NCBI GenBank assembly: GCA_965235115.1
Contig: OZ249436.1
Location: forward strand, 44,890,001 to 44,954,000
Direction: 5' to 3'
Length of the DNA stretch: 64,000 bases
Origin: Laetmonice hystrix
Lineage: Eukaryota
The notes beneath the pieces were generated by a model. It worked only from the letters and a program-made list of their open reading frames with translations, made no database searches and was not told where the DNA came from. A program made the position numbers and the translations under genes. Shown piece by piece: positions 50,230-62,766 of this stretch; position 1 is the first letter of the stretch; each line of letters starts with the position of its first letter.

Positions 50230-51671
50230 TTAAACGGCCTATTTAGATCAAAATATTTGAAGAGCCAGAAGGCAACACTGGTCGGCCTATCTATGCTCCT
50301 TGTGTCCTTTCATTGTGTGTGTGGGGATGTTGGGGGTGAATATCAAGGGGGTTGCTACCCGTCGTCGGAATATTATCTACCCCTGAAGACTGAAGTAAGT
50401 AAGTAAGTCAGTCAGTCAGTAGGTAAGAAAAATTATGACACCTTTGTCGGACAATGTGACCAAACCATGCCGTTTTCCCATGAGCCCAGTCAAACTGGGG
50501 CCTTATTATAATTCCTACCCTCCCTTACCACCCAGGAATACCGTCTATAATCGCGTTTCTATAAAGTCCTTACCATCCTTTTATAGTGATTTTAGAGAGC
50601 TGGCATCCAAATTTAATTCTCTAGTTTAATTTCCAAAGCGCCGTGCATTAATAGTAATACGGACAGCAATCATGTGCTGACGTATTCTCTCTAAATCATA
50701 TTTCCTGGTCCAGATTAAACATTCAACATTTTTCTCCATAAACGTGTAGAAGGGCGTATCCCTGTAAGTACTAGTAATTGATTCAATGCCACCACTCGAC
50801 AATTTCTCTACCTTTATTACCAGCGTCCGTTAACAACCTATTAAATCAATTCCACTCTAATTGATTTATTATCCTTATGGTCATATCAATAAAGAGGCGT
50901 AATGGATAGGCAACGTTTCTAATTGTATCCTCTCTCTACTGCTTTCAATTTCTCATGCTGGCACCAGAGCGGTAAAGTGAGGGCCTTGGCATGGTACGGA
51001 ATTAATAATTAATATTGCCCTTAAAGGTGTTATTCTTGAAAATCATTTCAAATGCCTGACATTCACATGTACACTTTGAAGCCATGAAACTTTGACGTTG
51101 TCACATTAAAACGTCACGAAATTAAAAAGAAATAAAAATTAAAAAGAAACTAAAACTAAACATCCTCTATTCCTTCATGCAATGCACGCTTTAAATATCG
51201 CATTGTAGTAAAAATAATCCTACTATATTGTCCATTCCTGATATCATTTTTCCCAAGTGACATGCCAGAAGGCAGTTTTTTACCTGTTTTCTCAATTAAC
51301 AGCTATTGACAGTTGCCACTTAGACCAATCAATTCGCTAGTTTTGCCAAAAGGAATTCTCAGAAATACCTGAACCAGACAGCAATAAACAACTGTAGTAA
51401 GGCCAGGGCCAATAACTGTCTTGATGCGATACTCCGCCGCCTGAGGGCGCTGGTGTCGGTATGAGACCCGGCATATGGCAGTCAGTGTACAGGAAGTCAG
51501 ACTTTTCACGTCCTGTCGGTAATTTATCGGTTATGTTAGGGCAAGTAAATGAGACTTTCCTTGTCCAGTCCTCCCTGCCGATCAATGGATCCCAGGGGAT
51601 GTTATGTGGTAGACGCTCCATGGTAAAATCTCAGCGAAATTTGGTCGTAAGAACATAATGCTATTCCTGGT

Positions 51672-51752
51672 TCAAAACATAATCGTAATTCACAAAACAT
51701 AATCGTAATTCACAAAACATAATCGTAATCCTCAAAACATAATCGTAATCCC
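51672..51752. repeat. 20-bp tandem repeat, 4 copies
   Basis: CAAAACATAATCGTAATTCA repeated. Confidence 0.93.
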
Positions 51753-51794
51753 CAAAGGACTGTTTCCACTACAGGCGATTGTAGGCGATGTTAT

Positions 51795-52350
51795 AGCACA
51801 CCTTGTGTTGGAGCACACCTTGTGTGAAAACACACCTTGTGTTGGAACACACCATGAGCTGGAACACACCTTGTCTTGGAGCACACCTTGTGTTGGAACA
51901 CACCTTGTGTTGGAACACACCTTATGTTAGAGCACACCTTGTGTTGGAACACACCTTGTGTTGGAACACACCATGAGTTAGAACACACCATGAGTTGGAA
52001 CACACCTTGTGTTGGAGCACACCTTGTGTTGGAGCACACCTTGTGTTCGAACACACCTTGTGTTCGAACACACCTTGTGTTAGAGCACACCTTGTGTTGG
52101 AGCACACCTTGGGTGAAAACACACCTTGTGTTGGAGCACACCTTGTGTTGGAGCACACCTTGTGTTGGAGCACACCTTGTGTTAGAGCACACCTTGTGTT
52201 GGAACACACCTTGTGTTAGAGCACACCTTGTGTTGGAGCACACCTTGGGTGAAAACACACCTTGTGTTGGAGCACACCTTGTGTTGGAGCACACCTTGTG
52301 TTAGAGCACACCTTGTGTTAGAGCACACCTTGTGTTAGAACACACCTTAT
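51795..52350. repeat. 17-bp minisatellite, ~32 copies
   Basis: CACACCTTGTGTTGGAR repeated. Confidence 0.96.
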
Positions 52351-53380
52351 GCTTGGTGTCAGGTTGTTAATCACATACTCCAGGACAGAATGGGTGTCTC
52401 CACAGTCTCAGCGGTCTATAAACTTTGGGCCGTGTCATATTTACCTTGGTGGCGTCATAGTGTGATTGGTCTCAGCACGCTATCGATCAACAGAGAGTTC
52501 ATGAATAAATCTCCGTGCCATTATGGTACAGACAACGGAAATATTCAAACAGAGTTCAACTCCAACTTGTCTAAGTTCCCTAGTCGTTTAGATAAAGTCT
52601 GTCTATAGTAGGCTGATCTTTGGCGCTGCCAAATGGACTTAAAATCTTGTAGGTAAATTAATGACCATTCGTCTCTAATTATTAATGGGCATGTCAAAGT
52701 CGATTCAAAACAGTGAATTCAAATGCGGTCTACCAATTTTGGTCTACAACTAATGTAGTCTACAAATGGGGTTCATGTTACTTGCGAAACAAGATGGCCT
52801 TAGTTTTTGAAGTTGTCAGGTTGCTAAATATTGACATGCTTATGTCAGTGTTACCCGACAGGCTATCATCATAAACAATTATTCAGCACCTGACCAATGA
52901 TATGGATGTTTTTAACCTATCATCATTAATCATTCTTCACTTCTCAGGGTTGCTCTTATAATTTTTTACGCATTCGTTCGCTTCATTTCTTTACATTTCA
53001 TTGACATTTTCAGCTGGAGATGTTTCACCTGATTGACGTCATTCGCCGACCCTGAGCTGCCACTTTACAGAATGACTTTGTTGGGGCCCTGGGGCAGTAA
53101 GATTCCTCAAATATAACATGGACCTCATAAATATAAAAGGTGTGTCAAGGGGTAGCACGTTTCTCATACGCCCTGTCGATGAGACAATTTGTTTGGCATG
53201 TCAGACGAAGAATGTGTCGCCAAATTCGGTCGGAACAAAAGGGAGTGATCCACATGGGCATAGAGTCAAGGTCATGACTTTATATACTGGCTCAGACTGC
53301 AATGAGTCTTTGAAGAGGGCAAGGGGTTCGACTTAGAGAATAATTTCTTTCTGGTGGATACAGTTTGAGTCTTAACTTAA

Positions 53381-53908
53381 AGAGGCATATTATGAGGAAA
53401 TGTTAAAAATCGGTATTTCATAGAACTTTTGCTGTTTTCATAAAGAGATCCTTCATTAAAATTGCTTAGTAAACAAAGACAGACTTATCAGTCTCATTTT
53501 GCGTGAGAAATCGAAGTTTATTAAGCTCCCTTGCCCGCTTCTCTGCCGATTTCGTAAAATATTTTTTTTGGGTGGCATTCTGATGCCGGGCGATCGAGTG
53601 CAACTGCTGAATTGTTTACAACTAAGTGAAGCACGTGACTAAGCACATGCAGAGTGCACACACAGGATGTGACGCAGTACGCGATTACACGGGTTGATAG
53701 GAGGCTGTCTACCAAATTATGGCGGGAGATGTGCTATCGGGAGAAATCTATAGGTTTGGTCGTATAGAACCTACTTGTGCTGCATACGCAGCGAAAACAC
53801 GTCCGAGGACAAAATGCTGTGGTAGGATTATTTACTTGGATCCCTAGTACACGGTCATGTTGGATAATTGCCGGAAATCCTCAAAAACGTGTTTCATAGC
53901 ATGCCCCT
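53381..53908. mobile_element. 528-bp non-autonomous element, TTAA TSD (Kolobok-like termini)
   Basis: TTAA|AGAGGCATATTATGA ... TCATAGCATGCCCCT|TTAA. Confidence 0.75.
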
Positions 53909-54385
53909 TTAAGCTCTTGTTCGCTAAAATATAAACTGCACACCCGTGACCAGGCTCTCCAGGGTGATGATTCGTGATTACCTACTGTGGATAAACATAC
54001 CTACCAAAACGGAAGTGGTATTTCTGGACCGACATTTCCAAGTTTCCACGAGTTTATTCCCGAATATTTCTCCTCCTAACAATTGATACAAGATAGTTCT
54101 TGTTCTGCACGACTCCAGGCGTGGGAACACTGGATCCCCGTGTTTGGAAGGTATTAGCTACATCCATTACACCTTGGCAAGCTTAATCCAGTAGTTACTT
54201 TATAGGAGCTTGGTGTAATTGATTGCTAGTTAGAATAGAGACGACAGGCGATGAGTATCCAAAATATGTTTACGATAAGAGGCGACTAAAGAGATATTTT
54301 CGACCAAGAAGTATCTCGCGAAACCATCACAGATATTGAAGTTGACAATCGCTCACTGTCAATTATGACGATGGGACAGGTATGA

Positions 54386-54513
54386 AAAGAGGCAGAGACA
54401 GAGGGAGAGACGGAGAGACAGAGAGGGATAGGGGAGGGAGGGGAGAAAGGGAGAGAGAGAGAGAGAGAGAGGAGAGAGCGAGAGAGAGATAGAGAGAGAG
54501 AGTAGAGTAGAGA
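54386..54513. repeat. GA-rich low-complexity tract
   Basis: Polypurine (GA)n-like run. Confidence 0.9.
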
Positions 54514-54992
54514 TTTCCCATCAATTGAGATGTTTAACGGTTTGTAAAGCCATTTCACCGCCAGAACCACCGCCAACAACGACAACAACAACAAGAAAAG
54601 AAAAAAGACAATCTCACAAGCAAAGAAAAAAACTCCAAAAGAGACGGGTTGCAACCCGCATGCCCCCCCCCCCCTCCGGGGTGATTAGAGACGCTCAGAT
54701 AGACGGCGTCTCGCTGGCAGAACCTGATGGAGACGGTCCACCGAGATATTAACAGTCCCTCCAGTCCGTATTGTTGTAACTTCTATTTATTTCTGTGCAT
54801 CGGGAGAAACGCATGGCCCCAGGACTACGAGCCACTTTTAACTTGGCGGGGGGGGGGGGGGGGGGGCACATGAATTGGCTGGTAATTTTGACAGGCACAC
54901 GTTATATCAAGAACTGAGGAGTAACCCTGCCTAAGGGCAATGCAAACAGACGCAGCACAGCGCGTTACAGCAAAGGTATCAGTGCCGAGATT

Positions 54993-55162
54993 CACGCAGC
55001 ACGCCGGGAGAATCACGCAACACGCCGGGAGAATCACGCAGCACGCCGGGAGAATCACGCAGCACGCCGGGAGAATCACGCAGCACGCCGGGAGAATCAC
55101 GCAGCACGCCGGGAGAATCACGCAGCACGCCGGGAGAATCACGCAGCACGCCGGGAGAATCG
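54993..55162. repeat. 21-bp minisatellite, 8 copies
   Basis: CACGCAGCACGCCGGGAGAAT repeated. Confidence 0.96.
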
Positions 55163-56112
55163 CATTGGGGTCGAGCGATTCTTCCTGCACGCACTTGCTG
55201 TGTACTGTGTACATTTAAAACAGATATTCTTTCACAGTATGTGCTAGATTTTAAGGCACTATTTAAGAATGCGTACAAACACGTGTGGCATTGTGTTAAT
55301 AAAACACGTTCTGTTCACAGTGATTAGCTGTGGAAGTGTTAGCGGACGAGAGGCGGTATTTGCATATATGCCATGAATAAAATTGCTTTCGTAATGAGGT
55401 TTACATCCGGGTCTCCTTTGTTCGACATCAACCGGCCGATGTTCCCCGACATCTCGCCCACCTGAATACAATGATTAGAGCGCATCTGTTGTCATGTTGA
55501 CCACCTCTGCTACTCCCTCTCTCACCCACATCCCCTCACCAAATGTTGCTGAAGGTCCCCGACCTCAAGTAGTGTCAAGCGGGCAAATACCTCCTCGTCA
55601 ACAACTCATCAACAACCAGCCTCAAATACTCTGATTACGATATCCTGGGACGGTGATTATTCCGGTAACATCAGGTCACAGGCAAAGGAAGCACTTAATG
55701 TATTATTTCCCGCGTATAATTACTCATATAAGTGGCAGTCGAACAAAGAGTCTGCATATATGTTATACATGTTATACATGGATCACGAGGACGGCGGATT
55801 TATTTCTGACTTCAACATCAAATCATTAATATTCTATTTTTGGGTTCATTGTTAATGAATTATTACCATGGAACTTTAGAGAACTTTTAGAAGGTCCCTG
55901 ATTTGTCATATGTTCGATGGTTACTGGCTTACTGGATTTTAAAGAAATATAATACTGTATAATGCTGCAATTCATCCTGCGATAAGTATGAAGTAATTGT
56001 TTTATTCAAATTGTACAAGAAGAAATCGCCTAAGGTGCAATTATACGGTACTTCACAGTGAAACTCCTGTCAATCTCAGATGGTTTTCACTCAAGGGAAG
56101 GTCACGATTTAC

Positions 56113-56720
56113 AGGTCACTCCGGGCCTGCGACCAGGTTACGACTAGTTACACCGGGCCTGCGACCAGGTTACGACTAGTTACACCGGGCCTGCGACCAG
56201 GTTACGACCAGTCACACCGGGCCTGCGACCAGGTTACGACTAGTTACACCGGACCTGCGACCAGGTTACGACTAGTTACACCGGGCCTGCGACCAGGTTA
56301 CGACTAGTTACACCGGGCCTGCGACCAGGTTACGACCAGTCACACCGGGCCTGCGACCAGGTTACGACTAGTTACACCGGACCTGCGACCAGGTTACGAC
56401 TAGTTACACCGGGCCTGCGACCAGGTTACGACTAGTTACACCGGGCCTGCGACCAGGTTACGACTAGTTACACCGGGCCTGCGACCAGGTTACGACTAGT
56501 TACACCGGGCCTGCGACCAGGTTTCGACTAGTTACACCGGGCCTGCGACCAGGTTACGACTAGTTACACCGGGCCTGCGACCAGGTTACGACTAGTTACA
56601 CCGGGCCTGCGACCAGGTTTCGACTAGTTACACCGGGCCTGCGACCAGGTTACGACTAGTTACACCGGGCCTGCGACCAGGTTACGACTAGTTACACCGG
56701 GCCTGCGACCAGGTTACGAC
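56113..56720. repeat. 32-bp minisatellite, ~19 copies
   Basis: GGGCCTGCGACCAGGTTACGACTAGTTACACC repeated. Confidence 0.97.
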
Positions 56721-57889
56721 CTAGGACATTAAGGCCAAGCGCAGTATGCGACCGCAAATTATGGAGATCGTAGCAAACATTGCCGATAGATCGTACCTAG
56801 GCCAATTCGCCACCAATCGCACCATTCAGAAATCGTACGATCCGAGGCTTTATCAGGAGCCTGGCCCGAAAGACTGGATAAAAATTTAAATTGGACGAGA
56901 ATTGTGTTTCAACTTTAGGTCAAACATAATGAGGGAAAAGATCACAAGCGTTCACTTACGATGTGGTTTGTGATCCAATAAACCCCGCCGAATTATGCAT
57001 TTGATAAATGACAATAAAAAAGTAAATACTGTCAACGAAGAGCGTGCGGTCAAACACTTGTTTTCTGGGAGGCATGCACCAGCCCAGTCTAATCCTATTA
57101 TCGTGTCTGGAGAATGGTTGTAGGAAACTTTCGTGCATCATAGAACAAAATTACTGGTTGTAATCTTAAAGATTGCCCTGTCGATCCAGTATTTCTGCTA
57201 TAGGAGAGAGCTCTGTCAATGAAAACGTATTCGTTCAGCGCTTTCATTTCTGTAAAATGTACAAAAAGATAAATGATAGATACAGAATCGTGTGCAATTC
57301 TGCATTTGTTCCAGGGTCAAGGTAGAACAACATCCCCCTCTCCCACATCTGTGAAATTAAAAACCTAGCTGTGACAATTGACAATGCCAGACTGTCCCTT
57401 GAAATTACAGGTATCGTGTTTCGGGCAGCCATAAGTAAAATTATGACCCGCGGCCGAAGGCCGAGAGACCTTTCCTTTAGACGTGAGGTCGATGTCTAAA
57501 TGGTCTTTATGGATTTAGTGTTTCGAACTGTGCAAAGTCCACAGCGCCCACACTACCGTCTAACCATTGGGGACTCTATCTGTAATAATACTGAGCTTTT
57601 CACAGACCGTATGCGTTTCTTAAAATCTTGCGGCAGGATTTAGTTTCACTATTATGAGCGATATGCAGCGATCATACTCAACCCCAAGAACAGAGCTCTG
57701 TCAATGAACACGTATTCGTTTCTTAAAATCTTGGGGCGGGATTTAGTTTCACAAGCTGAAGAAAGATTTCAGTGGCCGACAAACAGTTCAAAAGGTATCT
57801 ATCATTGTCCGACCGGAACAGCGGATTGGAAGAAGATCTGCGAATAAATTAAATGGTATAATAAAAAAAGGGAATGCACCAAATCACTC

Positions 57890-57944
57890 CATATTCTCAA
57901 TTATTTTAGGGGCAATATTATTGCCCCTAAAATATTTGAGTATG
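57890..57944. repeat. Near-perfect palindrome
   Basis: TATTTTAGGGGCAATA-T-TATTGCCCCTAAAATA, extendable imperfectly to ~27-bp arms. Confidence 0.9.
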
Positions 57945-58075
57945 CTGCCCCCAAGCTACCCGTAGGAGTCACAAAACATGGCCTCCAAACGTCACGATCA
58001 AACACCCGGAGAGTCTCCTGAGTGTTTCCCCTCACACTTTCAAAAGGAACAGACCTCCCAGAGGACGTGTAAAAA

Positions 58076-58275
58076 AGCTGAATCCACTTTGGCGATTGTC
58101 CTTGCGACGTCCATGAGCTTTCGACATCACCCTTTTATTTTACTGAGATTTTATTAGAGAATGGACCCCACTTCCAGAAACATGGAAGGCCAGCCAAGAA
58201 AATTTGTGAAATTCCACCATTAAATCAAGAATCGTACGGCCGGCGCAAGGATAATCACCTCAGGGGATTCACCTC
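58076..58275. mobile_element. Old, degenerate copy of the MITE at 19656-19843
   Basis: Shares ATCCACT..GGCGATT.TCCTTGCGACG.CCATG, GACATCACCCTTTTATTTTACTG and GGAAGGCCAGCCA. Confidence 0.8.
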
Positions 58276-59390
58276 CATGTCTCCAGGGAGGCCTGTTTCT
58301 TTTGAAACGCCCCCTGAAATACTCATGTTACAATGTAAGCCGAAAGCTTGTCAACAGTCGGATGCACCAACAACAAAGTGGATGTTTCTATTCACTGCGG
58401 CACAGAGCCGCAAAGATATCCGTGATCCACGCCACACTGACGAGATCTCGTGGTGGTGAGATCTCGCGGTGTCGAGAAGCCACATCAACCAGCAGCCCGT
58501 ATTAATTGCAGCGTCACATAACAATACCTCGACAACGGCGCCATCTTTCTTCTCCGTTCAGAAGTCCGCCCGGACAATGGACGTCGGAGACGCCCGGCTG
58601 GCGATCTGTGGAACGTACCCCACTCGATCTAACATCAATTGCAACTATTCAACGCTCGCTTTTATCTGTTCTAACATCGGAACCACGTAAGCGGAACGCT
58701 TGGCAGTCGGCAGTGAAATCCTGAAACGGCTGAGCCTCTCAGGTTAGATGATAGCCATAGATAGGGATCTCAGACGCCATTAGAATATCAAACAGATACA
58801 TAGCCTCTGTCGTCGGCATTGAGACTCTAGTATAACCCCAGCGGTAGGGAGGAGTCCAACAAGGGCAAAACAGAATTATCTATGAAAAAAAGAAGAAAAT
58901 TAAACACAATTAAAGACAATTTGACCTCCCTCCCCTGGCTCATCAGTAACTGGTTTGATTTCATGTTTGCTGAGCTTTGTGAAACAATCTCATTACGATG
59001 ATCACATCAATAATTTACTAACCCAAAGTTCTTGAAGAAGTCTTAAAACGGTTCTTCATCTGTGAATTAATGCTACCCCATGCAATATCATAATCATACA
59101 TCGACTTTGGTATACTCAATTTTTATCACCTGACTCTTGTATCCCGTGGTGCCGTTCCTGTGAAATCGGGGGCAGGTAGCTTCTACTTTGGGTTTTAATT
59201 TTTTTTTTGGTCTAGGGCCGGAAGTTGGGGTTACGATTACTTGGACTTGAGATAGATGTTTAGATTTTTTGTTGTTGCTAAGACAGATCCATAAGCCGGT
59301 CCGGAAATCAATAAAAAAAACAAGTAACGTGTAACTTGTCCTAATGTTAGCTGACACCATGCCACATGTAGTTGCTCTTATAGTTGCTGC

Positions 59391-59928
59391 AGGCCTTGTC
59401 CACTGAGCTTGCGGCCGTGCGATTTTCCTTGCGATGCGGCAGTCGCAGAGCCTATGCGTCTCCCAGACGCAACGCAGTCAGTGGACAAGGCATTCGCATC
59501 GTCGCAGCGGTGGTGCGTTGCGTAGACGCAGAGATGTGCGGTGGCTTGCGGCAATATCAGAAAGTTTTGATATTACCGCATTCATATGCGACGGCCGCAA
59601 GCAAAAAATTTCGATTTTCGATTAACGTCGTCGTGTGACTATGCAGGCAGCAAGAGCGGCTGCAGCGGTTACCACCACGAGTTTGTCGCGTTTCTCCATG
59701 ATGGCGGATGGACTTATGAGCATGTGACGTTCACGTGATCAAACGTAGGCGCCAAATTTAAAAATGAAAATCTGTGCTTCCACCTATAATCGCACGCACG
59801 CAAGGTAGCAATGGACAAGGGCTTCACAAGTGTGTGCGTGCGTCTAACAGACGCAGTGATAACTGTCTGCGGCAAAATAATCGCATCGCAAGAGCGCCGC
59901 CCGCAAGCAAATCCAGTGGACAAGGCCC
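59391..59928. mobile_element. Non-autonomous Harbinger-like element
   Basis: TIR GGCCTTGTCCACTG ... CAGTGGACAAGGCC; internal TIR-like TGGACAAGG at ~59482 and ~59812. Confidence 0.75.
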
Positions 59929-60191
59929 TTTAGTGAGAAACAAAAAACAAAAGTTCGAACCTACCGCTGCTAATGTTTGCACTCTCCGCCAACCGTCAGC
60001 GCTACAAGAGACTGCGCCACTTCAGCAGTTTGCTTACATTGCTGAACTCAGCTTGAGTAAAACTCATTTTGTCTGAGTCATGGGAGTTTTTTTCAGACCA
60101 AATCTATCGTATTCAGTAACACGAAGACAACAAGTCAGACTTGTGGTTGTTTTATTGGTTTCCGGACAGGTTCAACTTCATGGAGCTGTTA

Positions 60192-61276
60192 CGGCCCGTT
60201 TCCACCAAGCATCTGCGTCGGTTTCAGCGTCCGCGTTTGAATCACTTCTACTCTGAGCCATTGGAGTGTTTCCACCGCGGTTTCACGTCAGCGTCGACGT
60301 CAAGCTCCCATAATGCCAAGGGGCTCGCTCCACTACACATCTGCCATACATGACCTTTTACTGGCAAAACTGGCTCCTACGCGTTTAACCTCGTCTTTGC
60401 AAAGTCGGCCGTCCTGTATGGTATATCTGTGAAATTTAACGTACCTCTAAATCCCAAAATCGAGATCATTCCAAGTGACATTAACCGTACAAGATGAAAT
60501 TTTAGTAATTACATTTGCGGAGGGAAATCAGCTAGTCGCAAGTCGGTTAACCAATTTCGGGATGATTCGAAATACTATTCTAGGTACTTCCGTTCCAACA
60601 TAGCGGCTGCAGATGATTTCTTGGATGTTTGTGTGTGTCTTAAAAGTAAACAACAAGAGTGCCTCAGCAAAATCGAGCAGCCACGATTCGAGCTCGGCAT
60701 TGTTCGGCTGTTCCGGTCGGGGATTTCTAGGTCAGGTCAGGGGTCACTCAAACGGCAGTATTCAATGTGTGGCAGAGATTGAACGAGGAGAACGATCTCT
60801 GTCCGCAGAGTGCGTCGACGTCGGCGTCTGACGCCACTGACGCATGCGCACGCGCACATTTTCTGTACTATATTTAGAACACGACCTCGCGAGAACTCGC
60901 CTGCTCAGCACGTGATGCAGAAAGGTTGTTCATCCTGCAGAAAAATAAGCAGTTCAGTCGACACAGGAAAGTTAATTCAAGCTGTACAAAAACGACCCGC
61001 TGTAGGATAAAACCGAACTGCAGCGACCATGACGTAAAAGAAACTCTCTGGAAGGCAATAAAAACGGAACTTGAGGTGATGTAGATGGTACGAATTTGAT
61101 TTTTTTTTTGCCCTCAATTACACGGCAGTGCGAAAATAAGTGCCTCGGCCCCTATGAAATGTTAAGCTTAAAAACGCGAAAGCATAATCTTAGTGGAAAC
61201 ATTAGGACGAAAAACGAAACGCCCACGCCCACGCTGACGCCGACGCCAACCCAAAAACTTGATGGAAACCGGGCCG
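60192..61276 (+). mobile_element. PIF/Harbinger-like deletion derivative with a degenerate MADF (Myb/SANT-like) relic
   Basis: TIR CGGCCCGTTTCCACCAAG ... CTTGATGGAAACCGGGCCG; internal frameshifted VDTGKLIQAVQKRPAV / DHDVKETLWKAIKTELE. Confidence 0.75.
60958..61145 (+). pseudogene. Frameshifted MADF-domain fragment
   Basis: Fits the LI..V..RP.(LW)D....D...K...W..I..EL pattern of MADF domains; indel at the conserved W. Confidence 0.65.
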
Positions 61277-61524
61277 ACGGTGGGGAATCTACTAGTGACA
61301 GGGAACGCCGGCGTCTTATAAATGTGCAGCGTTCCTACTTCCGACAGGACGTCTGCTGGGGATCAGGCCGTAGCGTCCCTTGTCTATCACCAGTGAATTG
61401 TTATTGACACATCTGTTTGCGGGTGTCGGGATACCAAACGCTTTCAATACTTGGACTTCCAAGGTCCCAGCAGTATCAACCCATGTTTTAGGGTAGTGTC
61501 ATTAGTTTTAGGATTAGGATTTAG

Positions 61525-61676
61525 GGGGAAACTGGAACACCCGGGGAAAACGATCGACTTCACGGTGGGTAGCTGACAAACCTTCATATTCCTACTACAT
61601 GCGGTAGGAAGGAAATCCGAAACAAACGGTGAAAGGCCGGTGCCTGAGCCTTTGACGACTGATCCACCGCGGCCCC
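61525..61676 (-). mobile_element. tRNA-headed SINE, degenerate
   Basis: Minus strand begins GGGGCCGCGGTGGATCAGT (A-box-like) and contains GTTTGTCAG...TTTTCCCCGGGTGTTCCAGTTTCC, typical of metazoan SINE central domains. Confidence 0.6.
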
Positions 61677-61698
61677 GCCGTCCGAATCACACCTTATG

Positions 61699-62149
61699 TT
61701 TATTTCACACTGTGTAGTGTAGGTACCTCGTCTATTTCACACTGTGTAGTGTAGGTACCTCGTTTATTTCACACTGTTTAGTGTAGGTACCTCGTTTATT
61801 TCACACTGTGTAGTGTAGGTACCTCGTTTATTTCACACTGTTTAGTGTAGGTACCTCGTTTATTTCACACTGTGTAGTGTAGGTACCTCGTCTATTTCAC
61901 ACTGTGTAGTGTAGGTACCTCGTTTATTTCACACTGTTTAGTGTAGGTACCTCGTTTATTTCACACTGTGTAGTGTAGGTACCTCGTTTATTTCACACTG
62001 TTTAGTGTAGGTACCTCGTTTATTTCACACTGTGTAGTGTAGGTACCTCGTTTATTTCACACTGTTTAGTGTAGGTACCTCGTTTATTTCACACTGTTTA
62101 GTGTAGGTACCTCGTTTATTTCACACTGTTTAGTGTAGGTACCTCGTTT
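61699..62149. repeat. 32-bp minisatellite, 14 copies
   Basis: TTTATTTCACACTGTKTAGTGTAGGTACCTCG repeated. Confidence 0.97.
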
Positions 62150-62559
62150 GCTGCATAATGACGAACTAAATTATCCACCACCCGTTCTCTTACAAGGGGG
62201 GAGAATGATTATATAACGGTTATATAATTACGTCTTCACACTACTTGTATTTAAATGAATCAATGAATATCAAACAGCATGTTCAGTAGAGTATTCTAAT
62301 GGGATTAATAGCAATAAGAAGAGACATAAACACAGGTGATGCAAGAACAAACGTTGTCCTTTTTAGGCTACCTTCATAAATTCCAATGTTGCCAAATAAA
62401 TCTTCAAGTTTATAGAAGAAAACTTCATCCTGAAAATGTCAACAGCTGGCTGTGACATGACGCCATCAGAAAACTTCAGTCGCTTTAAATTAATGACCGT
62501 ATTTGGCCAGCAGATGCACATTGGCAGTTCTTTTAATCTTTCAATAGTTGTTAGGCAGT

Positions 62560-62766
62560 AGATACGGTAGATTTTTGCTCCGAGATGCTCAGAAAACGCG
62601 TCTCCGGCATTCCTGAAACAAAATTTCTGGGGGAGGGCCCCCAGATCTCCCTCCAGGGCCGCCTCGGTGGCCATGGATTATCCCCCCCGCCAACCTTCAG
62701 CCCCCCCCCCCCCCGCCAACCTTCAGCCCCCCCCCCCCCAACCAAAAAGAGCTTCCTACGCCTATG
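62560..62766. mobile_element. MITE fragment sharing an internal motif with the 49921 element
   Basis: AAATTTCTGGGGGAGGGCCCCCAGA resembles 50090-50117; terminus-like GCTTCCTACGCCTATG after poly-C. Confidence 0.45.

Noticed and set aside
45146..56307. ORFs over the 50-, 17-, 21- and 32-bp arrays
   Set aside because: Repeat translations; most unit lengths are not multiples of 3.
61505..61526. Telomeric repeat
   Set aside because: Only a few degenerate TTAGG-like units adjacent to a SINE end.
61600..61676. tRNA gene
   Set aside because: Only an A-box-like head; no cloverleaf or intact B box, and a SINE body follows.
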